A stretch of DNA of 64,000 bases from Vicugna vicugna. Its lineage: Eukaryota. Positions 23,235 through 37,500 of the stretch are shown here, one piece after another. Under the pieces are notes generated by a model. That model saw only the letters and a list, made by a program, of their open reading frames with translations. It was not told the DNA's origin and did not search any database. Location of the stretch: the NCBI GenBank assembly GCA_013265495.1, contig MU057576.1:468982-532981 (forward strand). Reading direction: 5' to 3'. How positions within the stretch are numbered: the stretch's first letter is position 1; each line of letters starts with the position of its first letter. The translations under genes and the position numbers were made by a program.

Positions 23235-23900
23235 GGCCCCCGGCGGTTCCTTCCGCGCTTCCTGGCCCGGCGGGCCCGAGGCGGGGCGGGGCCGGGAGGA
23301 GGCGTTCCGGTCCCTCCCCGACCCCCACCCCTCCAACCCCGACCGCGAAAAGAGTGGAAGGAGAGTAGTGAGAAGGAAGAGGGGGGCGGTACCCAGATAA
23401 GCTGGGTGGTGCACCACCTTCAGGCCCCCACGCCCAGCCCTGTGGCTCCACCAAGAGAAATCTCGTGGTTTCAGTCAGAGAACTCAGGCGCCCGGGCTTG
23501 GGGCTGCGTGCGACATCAGATGCTCAACGTGACTTAAGAGTGAAGGCCGTGACGTCACCTCAAAAATGCTGACGGGCACCCTCGGGCCCCGGAGGGACCA
23601 CGTGGCCCTCGTGGCCTCAGTTCCCCCGACCAGACCCGCCCCCAGCCGGGCCTGAGCTGGGCTGTTTACGATCCGCGGAGCCGGGGACGAGGGGGAAGGG
23701 CTGGGGGCTGGGGACTGGAAGCCTTCCCGGGGCCCAGAGTCCAGCTGCCACACGGGCCTCAGCCCGGTATGGTGTGTAGCCCCGGGGCCTCTTGCGTGCC
23801 GGGCTCTTTGGCCGCAGCTGCCCGGCATCCAAGCCGCGGGAAAAGAAAGCTTTATTAAGCAAGCTAGGAGGGGCGGGGAGAGGGGCGGGAGGAAGGTGGA
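23235..23900. promoter_or_regulatory. CpG-island bidirectional promoter DOK1/LOXL3
   Basis: GC box GGGGCGGGG 23283-23291, E2F-type TTTCGCGG (minus, 23343-23350), palindromic CRE GTGACGTCAC 23549-23558, E-box CACGTG 23599-23604; candidate LOXL3 non-coding exon 1 donor CCG|GTATGG after 23766 and acceptor before 25553. Confidence 0.8.
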
Positions 23901-25565
23901 GCGGCGGCCGCGGCCAGCTCCGAGCAGGAGGGGAGGAGAAAAGGAGGGAACTGGCCGGGGAGGGATCGAGGGAGCAGGCGGAATGTGGGAGGGCTCAAAG
24001 GGACGTGGGAGGAACGAAAGGAGAGGGGGGAGGGAGGTAGGGGTCCAGTCTCTGTTGGCCGAGCACTTTTTTTGGAAGTCCTAGGACTGATCTCCAGGAC
24101 CAGAACTCTTCTCCCAGCCCCTAGGGCCCCACTCAGCCAAAGGTAGGGAGGGGGTGGGGCGGTGGTCACGCTGCCGGCAGCGAGAGGAAGGGGAGTTATG
24201 GATGGAGAGGATGGTGGAGGGACCAGGGAAAAGGGGTGATGTGGGATAGGGTCAAAGGGAAGCCAACCTACTGAGGGTTTAATTATTGTCAAGAGTGAGA
24301 CATGAGAACGGTAGAGAAAGGAAGCAGATATTGAGGGTTGGGGGCTGCAGGGTATTACAAATCGGGCAGCTGAGAAGGCCCTGAGGCTGAGGGCTCCTCT
24401 GTGAGGCCGTACCCCTGGGTCCCCAAGCCAAAATGTTCCCAGAACAAAGCTGTTCTGTTGGTTTGTTTGTCTGAGTTGGGGGAAGCATGTTGGGGGTGGG
24501 GTAGCTCACTGTAGAGGGGCTGTTCTCCGCCCCAGACAGTGGGAAGGCCTTGGCTAAGGAACTGATTGGTGCCCTGGCCTCCGGTAGCTCCGTGACAGTG
24601 ATGGCGGTGTCGGCAGGAGGCTTGGACAGCCCCCCTTCCCCACTTGAAGCCCGGCCCTCCTGGGCCCCTTGACCCTACAGGGCATGTAGGGTGTGCAGCG
24701 AGCTCCCCAATGCATTCCAGTCTCTGCCTTCTTTGCCTGGAATCTACCCACAAAGGACTCTTGGCTTAGCTCCCATTAAGGGGAACCAAGATCCGAGGGG
24801 CTCCCTAAGTCCCTCCTTGCCCGCTTCTCTCCACAATCAGTAGCTATCTTTCCCCTTACTGGCTGAATGGGGTCATCTGGGTCCCTCCTGCCTCTGCCCC
24901 CTCTCTCCTGTCAGCCCCTCTCCTCACCTATTGTCTGCCTGTCTCAGTTGCTCCCCAATTCTGTGTGCAGGCTCTCTCCTGATCCCTTTCTATCCATCTT
25001 CAAATTGTCTCTCTCTCCACTGTCTCTATGTGGTCCCTTTCATTCCCACAGTTTCCCTTCCTCTCACATCCTGTCTGTCTGGGTCTTCCTCTCCGTGCCT
25101 CTTGCTCAGTCTCTATCTCTTTATCTTAACCATTGTCTGACTCTTGGTCTCTAATCCCTGTCTTTTGATCACTGGGTCTTCCAGACTGGTGAGTGGGGAT
25201 TTGGTGGTGATGATGGCAGAACTAGGGGAGGACACTGTGAGGCATAACAGCTAATAATCTGAGTTTATTCTTTGCAAAAGGGAGGGAGAGCCTCTCTATC
25301 TCTGTCTCTGTCTCCTCTTCCCCCCTCCCTAATCTGGGTCTCTCAGGCTGTGCCTCTTTGATTCTGCATTTCTGCTCTTATTTAGTGTGTGTTTCTTTCT
25401 CACTGTGTCTCTTAGTCCCTGGGTCCCTCTCTTTTTCCTCTGGTCTTAACCACTGTCCTTTTTCCTCTTGTGACCTCTCTCTCTCTCTCTCAGACCTGGG
25501 CCTGGCTCGATTCCAGCATCCCTCACATACTCTCTCTCTCTGGGGCACCCAGCCCGTCCCCTGCC

Positions 25566-28500
25566 ATGTGGCCTGTCAGTGTCTGGCAGTGGAGCCCGTG
25601 GGGGCTGCTCCTCTTCCTGCTGTACAGCTTGTGTGTGGGATCTCCATCCCCATCCACGGCCCCCGAGAAGAAGGACGGGAGCCAGGGGCTGCGGTTCCGG
25701 CTGGCCGGCTTCCCCAGGAAGCCCTTCGAGGGCCGCGTGGAGATACAGCGAGCTGGCGAATGGGGCACCGTCTGCGATGATGACTTCACGCTGCAGGCTG
25801 CCCATGTCCTGTGCCGGGAGCTGGGCTTCACCGAGGCCACAGGCTGGACCCACAGCGCCAAATATGGCCCTGGAACAGGTGAGTGATGCTCCAGGCACAG
25901 CCTAGGTATTGCCGAATCGTAGCGAGAGGGGACACCAGGATAGCACAGCCACAGGGACACAGAACGCCAAGATCAGCCAGTGTCAAGTACACCCACGGAG
26001 GACAAACCAACCAGCAGTCACTTCTCAGAGCTCTATGAACTGAGGCTGTTCGGTGCCTTCTTCTGGACCTCAGATGCCCCACGTAGAAAATGACTAGATG
26101 ATCTCTAAGTTCCTTTCTGCTGCAACAGCATGACTCCATAAAGTCACGTGTAAGGACAGCCCTGACACAGGTGATCCCTGTATGATTAAAGTACAGCTGG
26201 TTTCATGGGCAGCTGAAAGGGGGTAAATGATGTCTGGATGTCCCAAAGCCAGAACGGATCACAGACACTACAACCAACAAAAATCAGATTACAAGCCAGG
26301 GCTGAAACCTCAGGCTGGAACTTATGAAAGACAAGTGCAAACTCTAGAACAAATATGAATGTCAGAGGAGGAAAGGTATAGCTCAGTGGTAGAGTGCATG
26401 TCTAGCATGCACAGGGTCCTGGGTTCAGTCCCCAGTACTCCTGTTTAAATAAATAAACCTAATTACCTGCCACCCTCCCCAAAAAAACAAATATGAATGT
26501 CAGTAGCAGGGGCATGGGGCAATTCTAACTGAGATTTCAGGGTGTACTATACTATATGAGCTCACAGTGGGACTGAAGGGCAGAAGCTGGTGCAGTCTGC
26601 AGATGATCCTCCGAACCCACTGTCTAGGCCACTTCTAGAATGAGGTTTAGATGCCAGATTTTAAAAGAGACAGTAGAAAACGGAAAAACACTTTCAGAAG
26701 GGAGCTGCCCAGATGTGAAAGGTTGGAAATCAAGTTTCAGGGAGGAAAAGCTGGAAAAACCAGGAATATTTGGCATGAAAAGAAAAAGCTCTGGATAACA
26801 AGTACATGATAGTTGTCTTCAAATGTGAGGACAGTCATTCGACTGAGGGATTTTTCTGCATGGCATCAAAAGACTGAATCAGACCTGGTGGGGGAAAGTC
26901 ATAGAGTCACAAGGACTTTGCAATGGTTCCAGCAGCCTGGTGGGGCAGGAGTAGGTGTCCCAGCAGATGCTGGATAAGTTCTGTCAGGATGTACATGAAG
27001 GGTCCCTGCATATTGGCTGGGACCAGCATTTAAGGGGCAACATGGTGGCACAGACAGGGCAGGCGCATGGGAGAATGTGAGGCTGAGGTGAAAGGATCTT
27101 AGATTTCCAAATCTCACAAATGGCTCAAACCCCTAAGACCCCATGTATTGGCTGTGTGGTCTTAGGCAAGTTATTTAACTTCTCTGAACCCCAATTTCTT
27201 TATACAAAATGGTGATAATACCTTCTGACACTTCTGTTCTAAGGATGATCATGTATGGGTAGACCCTGGCAGAGCACCTAACACACAGTAGGTACTCAAT
27301 TAATTGCAGCTATCATTGAATGGGTATGGACTGATCATAACTTCAGTGTTGACTCTTGGCTTTTTATTCACCCTATCAAATTCTTGAGTATCCCCCGATC
27401 ACTACCAACCCTCCCTCAATCCTTATGCTCCCTTTCCTATTCCTTCTAGGGTCCCCTGTCCCTTCTCCACCCATTATCTCACCAGAAAAAAATGGGATCA
27501 TCATGGCCAGGTGTGAGGCCTCGGTACTCACGGTCACCAACATCCATATCACTTCCCTCATGCTACCTCCCCAAGCCTCTATCCCCTCATCTGCCCCCTC
27601 CACAGGCCGCATCTGGCTGGACAACCTGAGCTGCAGTGGGACTGAGCGGAGTGTGACTGAATGTGCCTCCCGGGGCTGGGGGAACAGTGACTGTACCCAC
27701 GATGAGGACGCCGGGGTCATTTGCAAGGACGAGCGCCTCCCCGGCTTCTCGGATTCCAATGTCATTGAGGTCTGTAACTCACAAACACACACACCACCCA
27801 GGGTGGTGAGACAAAGAGGGCTGTGGGGTGGTTATATGTGGTTAGATGAGATAGTAGAAGGTAGGGGGTCATCACATATGCCCAGTGGGGTCATTTGGGT
27901 TGATGGGATGCTTGCAGGGGCAAAATGATGGAGCTCCAAGACACCGTAAAGCTCAGTTCTGTTTTAGCATTAGTGTTCAAGTTGCAAGGCTTGGCGTAAG
28001 CCTCTGCAACTTCATCTCTGGTCTCCAGGGCATCCTGTGCCCTCCCTCACCTCAGATGTTCCTGCTCTCCTGGAACACCTCCCTTCTTACTTTTCCCCCT
28101 GCCTTCAATGCCACTTCCTCTGTGAAGTGCTCCCTCAGGCTCCCAGGCAGAGTTAGATGCTCCTTCCTCAGCTTCTTCAGGACCCTTAGTTATTTCTCAG
28201 AGCACAGCATGTCCTTCCACTCTCCTGACTGCAGGAGAGTTCACACACCCACACACCCCAATCAATACCTCTTAGAGGGCAGGCATGCCTCTCAGCCCCC
28301 TCTCAGCCTGGACCGCTGGCTTTACAGCAAGCATACTCAATCAGGGTTCTTTAAGGGTGGCAGGATATATGAAAGGTGCTACTGGGGATTCCTTCCTTTG
28401 CTTGTGGTCCCATCCCCAGGTAGAGCATCACCTGCAAGTGGAGGAGGTGCGACTTCGACCAGCGGTAGGGCGGGGCAGACGGCCCCTGCCCGTGACTGAG

Positions 28501-31500
28501 GGACTGGTCGAAGTCAGGCTTCCAGACGGCTGGTCCCAAGTGTGTGACAAAGGCTGGAGTGCCCACAACAGCCACGTGGTCTGCGGGATGCTGGGCTTCC
28601 CTAACGAAAAGAGAGTCAACGTGGCCTTCTACAGGTGAAGGACACGGGCGCTGAGTGGAGCGGACTGGGGTTGAAGGGTGCTTACTAAGGAATGGGGTTG
28701 AGAGACCTCCGAGAGGATTTGGGGCACTGGGAGAACCCGGGGCTGTGGAATAGTGGGAAGATACGGAGGCCTCTGCGAAACTGGAAAGTTGAGAAACCTT
28801 GTAGGACCATGAAGAGGTCCCCGAGGCAGGTCTAACACGGGACCAGTAAAGCTCTTGTGGCCGGAGCCAGGGCGGGGCGAGCGGCGGCTGGTGGCGCGCC
28901 AGTGTCCTAGACGCCAACGATCGGCAGGCGGCGTCTCGGGCGAGCGCGGGTCCTTGCCAGGCCCCGCCCGGCCCCGCCAGACCCCGCCCAGCCCCGCCAG
29001 GCCGCGCCCGGTAGCCGGCCGGCTGGAGATTGAGGTTGAGGCTGCGGCGCCGGCGCAGCCCGGGAGCCTGTGGGTTGGAGTTGGGGGAGGTCCGGCGCGG
29101 CTGGGCTCCGGGAGTCCGACAGTGACAGGCTGGGGGCGCACGCGGGGCGGCGTGTCCCCGCCGGAGCGCCAAAACCTGAAAGGCCGGAGGGCGCCGGCAG
29201 AGGCCGCGCCCCGCCCTGGGTTCAGGCCGCCCACGAGGCGCGTTGGTGAGCGCGCGAGCCCTCAGGACTCCTAGGATACTTCGGCCCAGGCCCTCTCCAC
29301 CTGCCCTGGAGCCCTGGTGTACGCGCCGGCTTCGGCTTCGGGGGAAGGAATCACACTGCTGAACGGCCCTGTGCTTACAGCGTCTTGCTTCCCTGGAGAA
29401 TCTAACTTGGTCATTTTGAGAAAATCGGAAATCTCTCTGTAATCTAAACACTTATTTTCTTCAGCTCTTCCTTAAATCAGTTCCTCAGAAAGACCTCTTG
29501 ACATCCGGGTAGCCTTCCACTGGGCACACTACTTAAGATGGGTCTGATCAGGGCAGGGTACAGCGAAAACAGTCATCTTTAATGACAGCATGTCTAGACT
29601 TTGCATTGCCTTTCTGTTGAGGCAGCAGCCCACTCATGTTGACCTTGTGACCACCTAAATCCAAGTCTTTCCTCATTCTTGATGCTGATGGAGCAGCCTG
29701 TCTGAACCTAAATCTGTTGAGTTTAACCTATTAAATTAGTTTGATATATCATTTAAAAGCCACTAAAACACCATGATGATCCCATGAGATTATCTTGAAT
29801 CTTGACCTCGTTTTTACATTTTGTCATCCCTCCCGGCCTCCTCTGTTCAATAGATGTGATAGCTATGCCTTCTGATCCAAAGGACTATTAAAATTTTTGA
29901 AATGTTTGGAACCAAAGTCCAACTCTTTCTATGAATCCTGCAGATTTACATCAAACCTTCAAGCATTAGTTGTGAAACTTTTTTTTCCAACCAGTTGGGA
30001 ACAAACTGAACACTACAATGAGGTAGCCAAAATTTCACCATCTTATCTATAATTATGTATAGAAATCATGGGAGCTTTTGTTAGTCTTTGCCAAAATCCA
30101 GTTACACTATGTTCACAGCCATTCTGCCACCTTCTAATTTAGTAATCTTATCAAAAAAGGAAATCATGGTGGTATGACTGAGCTAATTTTTACTGAAATG
30201 CTTTTAGATTTCTAAGGATCACCATATTTTTTTTCTTCGATGCTCACAAACTTTCTACTTAATAACTTATTCTAGAATTAGTAATTATCTGTAGATTGAG
30301 AGATCCTTTTCCTTCTTTTTAGAAGTCAGTATATTATCCAACCTCTAGTCTTCTCCATACTTGCTTACATTTTCCTTGCCTTATCTGTGAGACACATGTG
30401 AAAGTTCTTTGAGTCCCAGGGAACATACTTTATCTGGTATAGAGACTCAAACGGCTTTTAAATATCTCTCTGCTCTGTTCCTTTACTGTTATCTATCTTG
30501 GGGCTATATTTCTTCCCCTGTCTATGTTCTTTACCTTTTCTAATCCAGACACCAGGTTCTGAAAGATGAGTATGATTTAAATAGAAGGCATTTCAAGTGA
30601 AAAGAGTAGCATGAACAAAAGTGTGGAGATTCACTTATTCTCTGTTTATTTACTGAGTGCCTACTGTGTGCCAGGGATTATTGTAGACACTAGGGATTCA
30701 ACAATGAACAAAGCAAACGAAAAGCCCTGATCTCATGGACTAGAGAAGAATCAAAATAAGTAAAATCACAAAATGTAAAGATGGCAAAGAATGTAATAGA
30801 CAGAAATAAAGCAGGAAGGGGATGGGAAGTGGGGCCAGCATTACACAGGTTTAAATAGGTCAGAGGAGGCTGCTTTGAGAAGGCATCATTTGAGAAAAGA
30901 TTTAAGGAGGTGAGGGGCACAAGCTTTGCAAAAACCTAGAGGAGCATTTCTAGGAAGAGGCACCAGAAATGAGAAGCCCCTGAAGAGTGTGGTGTGTGTG
31001 TGTGTGTGTGTGTGTGTATCAGGGCAGTGGGGTGAGGAGGTGGGGAGGGATGATTTTTATCATGCTCCAGGAGGCCGTTGGGGCTGGAGCTGAGTGAATA
31101 AGGGAAAAAATGATAGGAGATGTGATGTAGGAGGAGACAGGAAAAGAATGGGGAGCCAGACCCTGTAGGGCCACTTGAGAGACTGGTTTTTCACTCTGTG
31201 CTAAATAAGGTTTTGAGCAGAGGTGTGACATCTGACTTACCCTTTTTTAAAGTATTATTTGGGCTGGTTTGTTAAGAATGGCTTCAAGGGATGCCATATA
31301 ATCAAGGAGGCAGGGAGATAGTGAGGAGGTTACTGTCTCCTGAAGGCCAAGTAAAGAAAGTGACAGGTGATGGTGACCAGTGAAAGTGGTGAAAAATGAT
31401 CCAATTCTGTGTCAAAGGTAGAGTTAAAGGTAGCGTCAACAGGACTTGCTGATGGATTCAGTGTGGTGTGATGGAAGAAGAGGAATTAAGGATCATTCCA

Positions 31501-34500
31501 AGGGTTTTGGCCCGAGCTAGGTACAGAGGTGGCTTCATTTGATAAGGAAGACAGTAAGTGGGGAGGGTGTAGCTCAAGTGGTAGGTTGCATGCTTAGCAT
31601 GCACAAGGTCCTGGGTTCAATCCCTACTACCTATTCCAAAAATTAATAAACCTAATTACCTCCCCTCACCAAAAAAAAAAGAATAATAAGTTGAAAAAGA
31701 TAAGGAAGACAATGTGTGGGGATGGGAGAGTGGGGGTTAAATTTGAGGTTCTTTACGACATTGAAACGGTGAGGCTGAGTAGGCAGTTGGGTATATGACT
31801 CTAGAATTCAGTTGAATACAAGTATTTAAAGCTCAGAAACTGGACAACATCACCAACGGAGTGAGTGTAAATAGGAAAAAAGAGGTCCAGGCACTGGACC
31901 TTGGGGAGCTTAAATATTATGAGGTCAGGAAGATAAGGCAAAATGCAAGCAGTGAGGTGAAGTAGAAAGAAGAGTGTGGTGGCCTGGAAGCCAAGTAAAG
32001 TGCTTCATGGAGGAGAGGGCTGACCTGAGTCAGCACCGCTGATCGGTCTAAACATATGAGGACTGAAAAACCAGCACTGGATGTAGCAACATGGAAGTCA
32101 TTTTTGACCCCGACAGAGATGAAAATGGATATATTTGAAAGACAGGTGACTAGAGTAGGTTTGTGCTGAGGAATAATGGAAGATCTGAATGGATAAAGTA
32201 AGGCTACAAAATGGGACAGTTTTAATGCCAGATTGGAGAGTTTTACCTTTATTTTGTGGAAAATTTTAAAAATCAAAATATTTGTATGGGACAGTGATAA
32301 AATAAGGCCAGTGTTTTCTAAAGTTTTCCTGATGGTAGTGAATTAGAAGAGGTGCTTGATGCAGTGAGACTACTTAGGAGTTATCAAAATGAAGCCGATT
32401 AGGAGGGTGACAACAAGGAGAGAGGGAAATGAAGAGATGCAGGATGACTGATGGAATACAGGAAATAAGAGAAGCGATAACTCAAATGATTCTGAAGGCA
32501 GAGGGGAGGATGGTGCCCATCAAGCATCTCTGGACTTCAAGTTCATACAAATTAACTTTAGAATTGGGCCATCCCTGGGAATTCTGAGACCCAGGAATTG
32601 TCCCTAAGTATGCACAGCTTTGAGTAATTTTCAGGAATCAGGAACATTTGTGTACATACTGGAATCTCTTACTGAGTCTGGGATATGAAGGCTGGAGAAG
32701 GGGATAAACTAAATCCACAGGTCTTTCTTAGTGGGGAAGGAGATTACAGGAGTCCTGGGAGATTCTGTGATGAGGAATGACATAGAGACTCTTTCACAGG
32801 TCAGGTCAGACAGGGAGAATCCTCACAGCTAATACAATGATAAAGGCTAGGCAAGATCGTTAAAAAAAAAACAGCTCCATATGCCTTAGAGAAAGAAGAC
32901 GCGTGTGCTAGCTTTTAGAGAAGTTGATAGGATTTGGGGAATAAGGAAATCTGAATATGATACATTTACCATTTTTAAATTTGGTTTGGTGGTTCCACCC
33001 TAGAATATGTGAAAGTTGTAGAATTTTACAAGAGGAAAAGAATGTGTAGATAATTGAACCATTTACTGCCCTTTTGCTGGCAAAGAAATTGGGGTATGAG
33101 GAGCTTAAGGGCTGTTTAAGAGGTCACTCTTCTAGTTCATTTCCGTTTGACAGATATTTATTGAACTCCTACTATTTGCCAAGTACTGTGCAAGGTGCTG
33201 AGAATACAGAGGTGATGAGAGAGGTAATTAGGCACCAGATCATAGAAGACCTTATAGGCTATGGTAAGGATTTAGATCTTTATGATACAAGAAATTGGAA
33301 ATCATTGAGGTGTTTTTATGAGAGGACATGACCAGGCTTGTAGCTCCAAGAGATCACTTTGTCTGCATTTCTGATAATGGTTTAGAGGAGAGCAAGAGTG
33401 AATGGATTAGACAGACCTTTAGGAAGTAACACTGACAGGACTTGGTTATGGATTGACTTTGGGAGCCAAAGAAGAGAGAAGTGTTAAGGTTGACTCCTTG
33501 GTTTCTGGAGTAGATTTTGCTGAATTATGAGGTTTTTTTTTTTGGACCCACATTACATTTTAGATAACTTTAAGATATCTAAGTAGAAACATCAAGAAGC
33601 AATGGAATATACAAGGTTAGTTGTGAATGAAAACATATAGAGAGGCTATGGAATGAGAAGAGAAGAAAGCCTCAGACAGCGCTCCCAAAATTTAAATGAC
33701 TAGACAGAGGAGGAGCCTGCAAAGAAGACCAAGAAAGAACAACCAGAATTAGAAATCAAACCAGGCTTGTAGGGTTGTGACAGCCCAGGAGGGAGAGAGA
33801 GAGAACAGGAGTGTCAGATGCCACCAAGAATCAATAGGATGAGGTGGGGAGGGTATAGCTCAAGTGGTAGAGCACATGCTTAGCATGCATGAGGTCCTGG
33901 GTTCAATTCCCAGTACTTCTATTGAAAAACCAAATAAATAAATAAACCTAATTATCTTCCCTCTGCGGAAAAGAAGAAAAAAAAAGAATCAATAGGATGA
34001 AGACTAAAAAAGTGTCTATCTGATGTATTGTTGCAGAGTGAAGGGTGGGGAAAAACCAGAAAGGAGATGGTTAAAGAATGAGTGGGGAGAGAAGGTATTG
34101 AAATGATGAGTGTTGACAACCACTGAAAAGTTTCTCTATGAAGAGGGAGAAAGATGTGGTGTGTGTGCGAAAGAGAGAGGGAGACTTGAACTTGTTTAAA
34201 AGTATTCAATTGAGTAGGAGGGGTTATGTGCAACTTCTCGATTGAGGAGAGAAAGGATCATAGCGGAAGGAATTCAGAAGTGTTTGGAGGCTGTGGCCTT
34301 GGATTAGAGAATGTGGAATGTAGGCAGGTTTTTATGTTTGATGGTTGAAGGAATAAATGATAGGGAAAACAAACACATCTGTGAATGAAGAAATGTGAGT
34401 CAAGACAAACATAAGTACTGGTCCTAGGTAAGTACCAGGTCCTTAATATAATCTATATTATATCTTATAATATGTATATAATTATATATACCATATAATA

Positions 34501-37500
34501 TATAATATAAAGACATTATAAGATCCTTAAATAACTAGAGGAGTACCACTTCTAAGTTTCGAGATCACACTGCATTTTTCTGAGTACTACTCTGCAGATC
34601 AAGAGGACCTCTCTGGGTTACTGGTGGAAGAAAGTTCCAAGTATATTTCATTTTAGACATGTTCGAGAAAAAGACGTTTGGAGAAAAAGTTTCACACTAT
34701 GCTTATGGTGAAAGGGTCTAAAGTTTCAGTAGTGCCTCAGGAAAGGGACCTGAGAGTTATGTAGACTCTTTACTGGGACTGCTGGACATGTTGCATGTTT
34801 TTGCGAAAAACCAACTAAGCATATCGTCAGGAAGAAGCCAGGGCGGGAAATGCCAAGCAGCTTCAGCCCCGTTTAAAGTCTATATGTTAAAATCCTAGCC
34901 CATCTGCACGTAGTATACTCAGTCCAAAGGTGACTCTTCAGGAGAAACAGCAGGGCAGGAAAGTGTTCAAAGAAAGGATAACTCAGAGAATAACAGGGAA
35001 TTCCCTAAGTTTATGAGGACAGACAGGCAAGACCTGCATTCATCCATGCATAGTTGAACAGGGAAACTAGGGAGCAAAATTGAAGCCTTTGAAATCAAAG
35101 GGAGGGGGAGGGTGTAGCTCAAGTGGTAGAGCGCATGTTTAGCAATAACAAGGTCCTGGGTTCAATCCCCAGTCCCTCCTCCAAAAATAAATAAACCTAA
35201 TTACCTCCCCTCCCCCACCAAAAAAGTTAATAATGCAATAATACATACATAAAATATTTTTAAAAATAAAAAAATATGAAGTCAAAAGGAGAATGAGAGG
35301 AGAAACAGACCCAGGTTCCATACATTAGACTTAAGGCAACCTCTTGAGGAATAAAATAAGTCAAATATTAAGGCCAATTAAAAATAAATAAGGCTTAGAA
35401 TTTATTTCCCCGGAAGTAAGTTGGGGAGATGAGCTCAGCTTAGAATGACTAAAGCATATGGGGTTTAACTTAGGCAAGAAGGGTGCTGTCATCCTGGGCA
35501 GGCTGGCCTCATGCTCCCCAGCCAGGCCAAGTTAGCGTCCCTTGGTCCTGGTTCCCTGGCCCCAGGCCTGGACATGCCAGAAGCCGAAGAACATCCAAGA
35601 GAAAAAGACACAGTCAGCCTCCCTGGGCGTTACCAGGCCAGTTCTCTTTCCTCGCCTGGTCGGTCTGGTGATCCCAACACCCTTCTGCTACGCCCTTCCC
35701 CCTGCCCTCCCCTCGGGTTTAGATCAGCCCTTATTCCCCATCTGCCTTGGCCTGATTTCTGTGGGTCCTGATATAGTGTCTTTATCGGTCTGAGGCCACG
35801 TTCTTCACTGCTGCTCACCCGGCTGGCCGTGTGCTTATAAGGCCAAACAGCTGTGCAGGGTGGAGCCTTGGGTGGATCTCGTGTCATCCTGCCACAAGGA
35901 ACCCTTCTGACCGTTTGAAAAGAAATCTTGCCCCTGGTCCCAGTGGCACCAGTTCCTTCCACTTGGTTCTAGACTGACCCTGTCTCTGCTATTGTCTTAT
36001 CCTCACAGAAAGTTGAGGAAGCGAGCGGCCAAAACCTCGGCCCGACGCTCCAAGCCCCTTGGAAGGTAATGGGGCAAGAGCCCCGGGACCTCCTGCTCAC
36101 CACGGTGGCCCCAGGAGGTGGATGGATGGATGGAAGGCAGCCTATCCATGTCCATCCCAGAACCCAAGCCCATGAATTAGGGCTACGACTGGGAAATGGC
36201 CATTCCAGCGGGGAGGGGAGGGGAGGCAGGCATGGGGATGGGTAAGCTTTGATCTTAGGAAGCACAAGGAGGAAATAATGTCGGAATGTCTGAGGAGGAG
36301 CCCCTGCATCTTTATACTTCCCCCAGATAGCTTGGACTCCAGCCTCAGCCACCTGCATGCTTCCTCCTTCGCCCGCCTACTCCTGACCTCCCTTAATTCA
36401 CCTACGTTCCCATTCTTTCTCCTCCCACTACTATTTCTCTATCTCGTTTCCCCTCATCACCTGGATTGACATACTAGACTTCTCATCACTGTTGCTAAAT
36501 CCAGAGAGCGGCACAAGTTCCCAAAATACACTCAAGTGGTATGCAGCATCAGTGTCTGTGGACACCCTGACCACCTTCGCTTTACCGCTTCCCATGCTCT
36601 GCATGAAGGGGCCTTCCTAGAAACAGAGAAAAAGAAAGAAAGAACCCCCTACCTTTCCTGGTAGTGTAACTGACCGCTGCCTCCACTAACTTCTTTCTCC
36701 TTTTTTCAGACAAGTCACCAAGCTTAAAGTCAAACCCAAACCCCGAGTGGGCAGGGGGCCAGTCAAGAGGTAAACAAAGTTCAGGCTGGGTGGAGAGGAG
36801 AGGGGTGCCAAGTGGTGAGTCGGGGGCATCGGGCTGTGGTGAGGAAGGGGTCCAGAGAGGCCTCTGCCAAGGGGTGGGGGAGCAGCAGCAAGGATTACAA
36901 GCCACCTTCCAGATGGTTCCCTGAAATGTAAAGTAAAGCTGGCTCTCATGTCGTTCTCTGAGGAGTTAAGCTTGTCACGGGAATTTTTGAAATCTCAACA
37001 GAAGCTCATCCACTGACTGCCCTTGTTCCACGTGCTTATTTATCTTTCCGCAGTGGATTTTAGCAGGTACTCTGGCCCTTTGGTCTTTCACATGCCATGC
37101 TTGCCTCTCCCCTAAGAAGTCACGTTTGCCTAAGGGACCAGTGTTCCCATCCTACATTTATTTGATTAATTTTTTTTTAAATAAGTGCTACCGACTTGGA
37201 AGTAAGACTCGGGATCCCCTCTGGAACCTTTGCCAGGGATGGAGTCAGATGACAGTCCTGTCTCTCTGGCCCAGTTTCCACAATGAGGCTCCCAGTTCCA
37301 TAATTTTCCTCCTGGGTTCCTTCAGAGCCCCAGGGAGTGGAAAGCTTCCAGTCCCAGTGATTACGTCTCACTTGGCTTCCAAAGGCAGTTTGAACATGAA
37401 AATCTCCCTGATAGCTTCTTCAGCCGTGGCTGAGATGTAGAGAACCCATCCCTTTCTCTTGTCTCCTCCTCCCTGCAGAGCATCCCAGGATCACTCAGTG

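Noticed and set aside
26366..26445. tRNA-like sequences with A and B boxes
   Set aside because: They are SINE heads with A-rich tails and TSDs, not tRNA genes.
28351..29451. 366-aa minus-strand ORF
   Set aside because: Arg/Pro/Gly-rich product of the CpG island's stop-codon scarcity; non-ATG start; no homology recognised.
34440..34535. AT-only stretch in LOXL3 intron 4
   Set aside because: Degenerate (TA)n low-complexity sequence without a clear TSD or structure.
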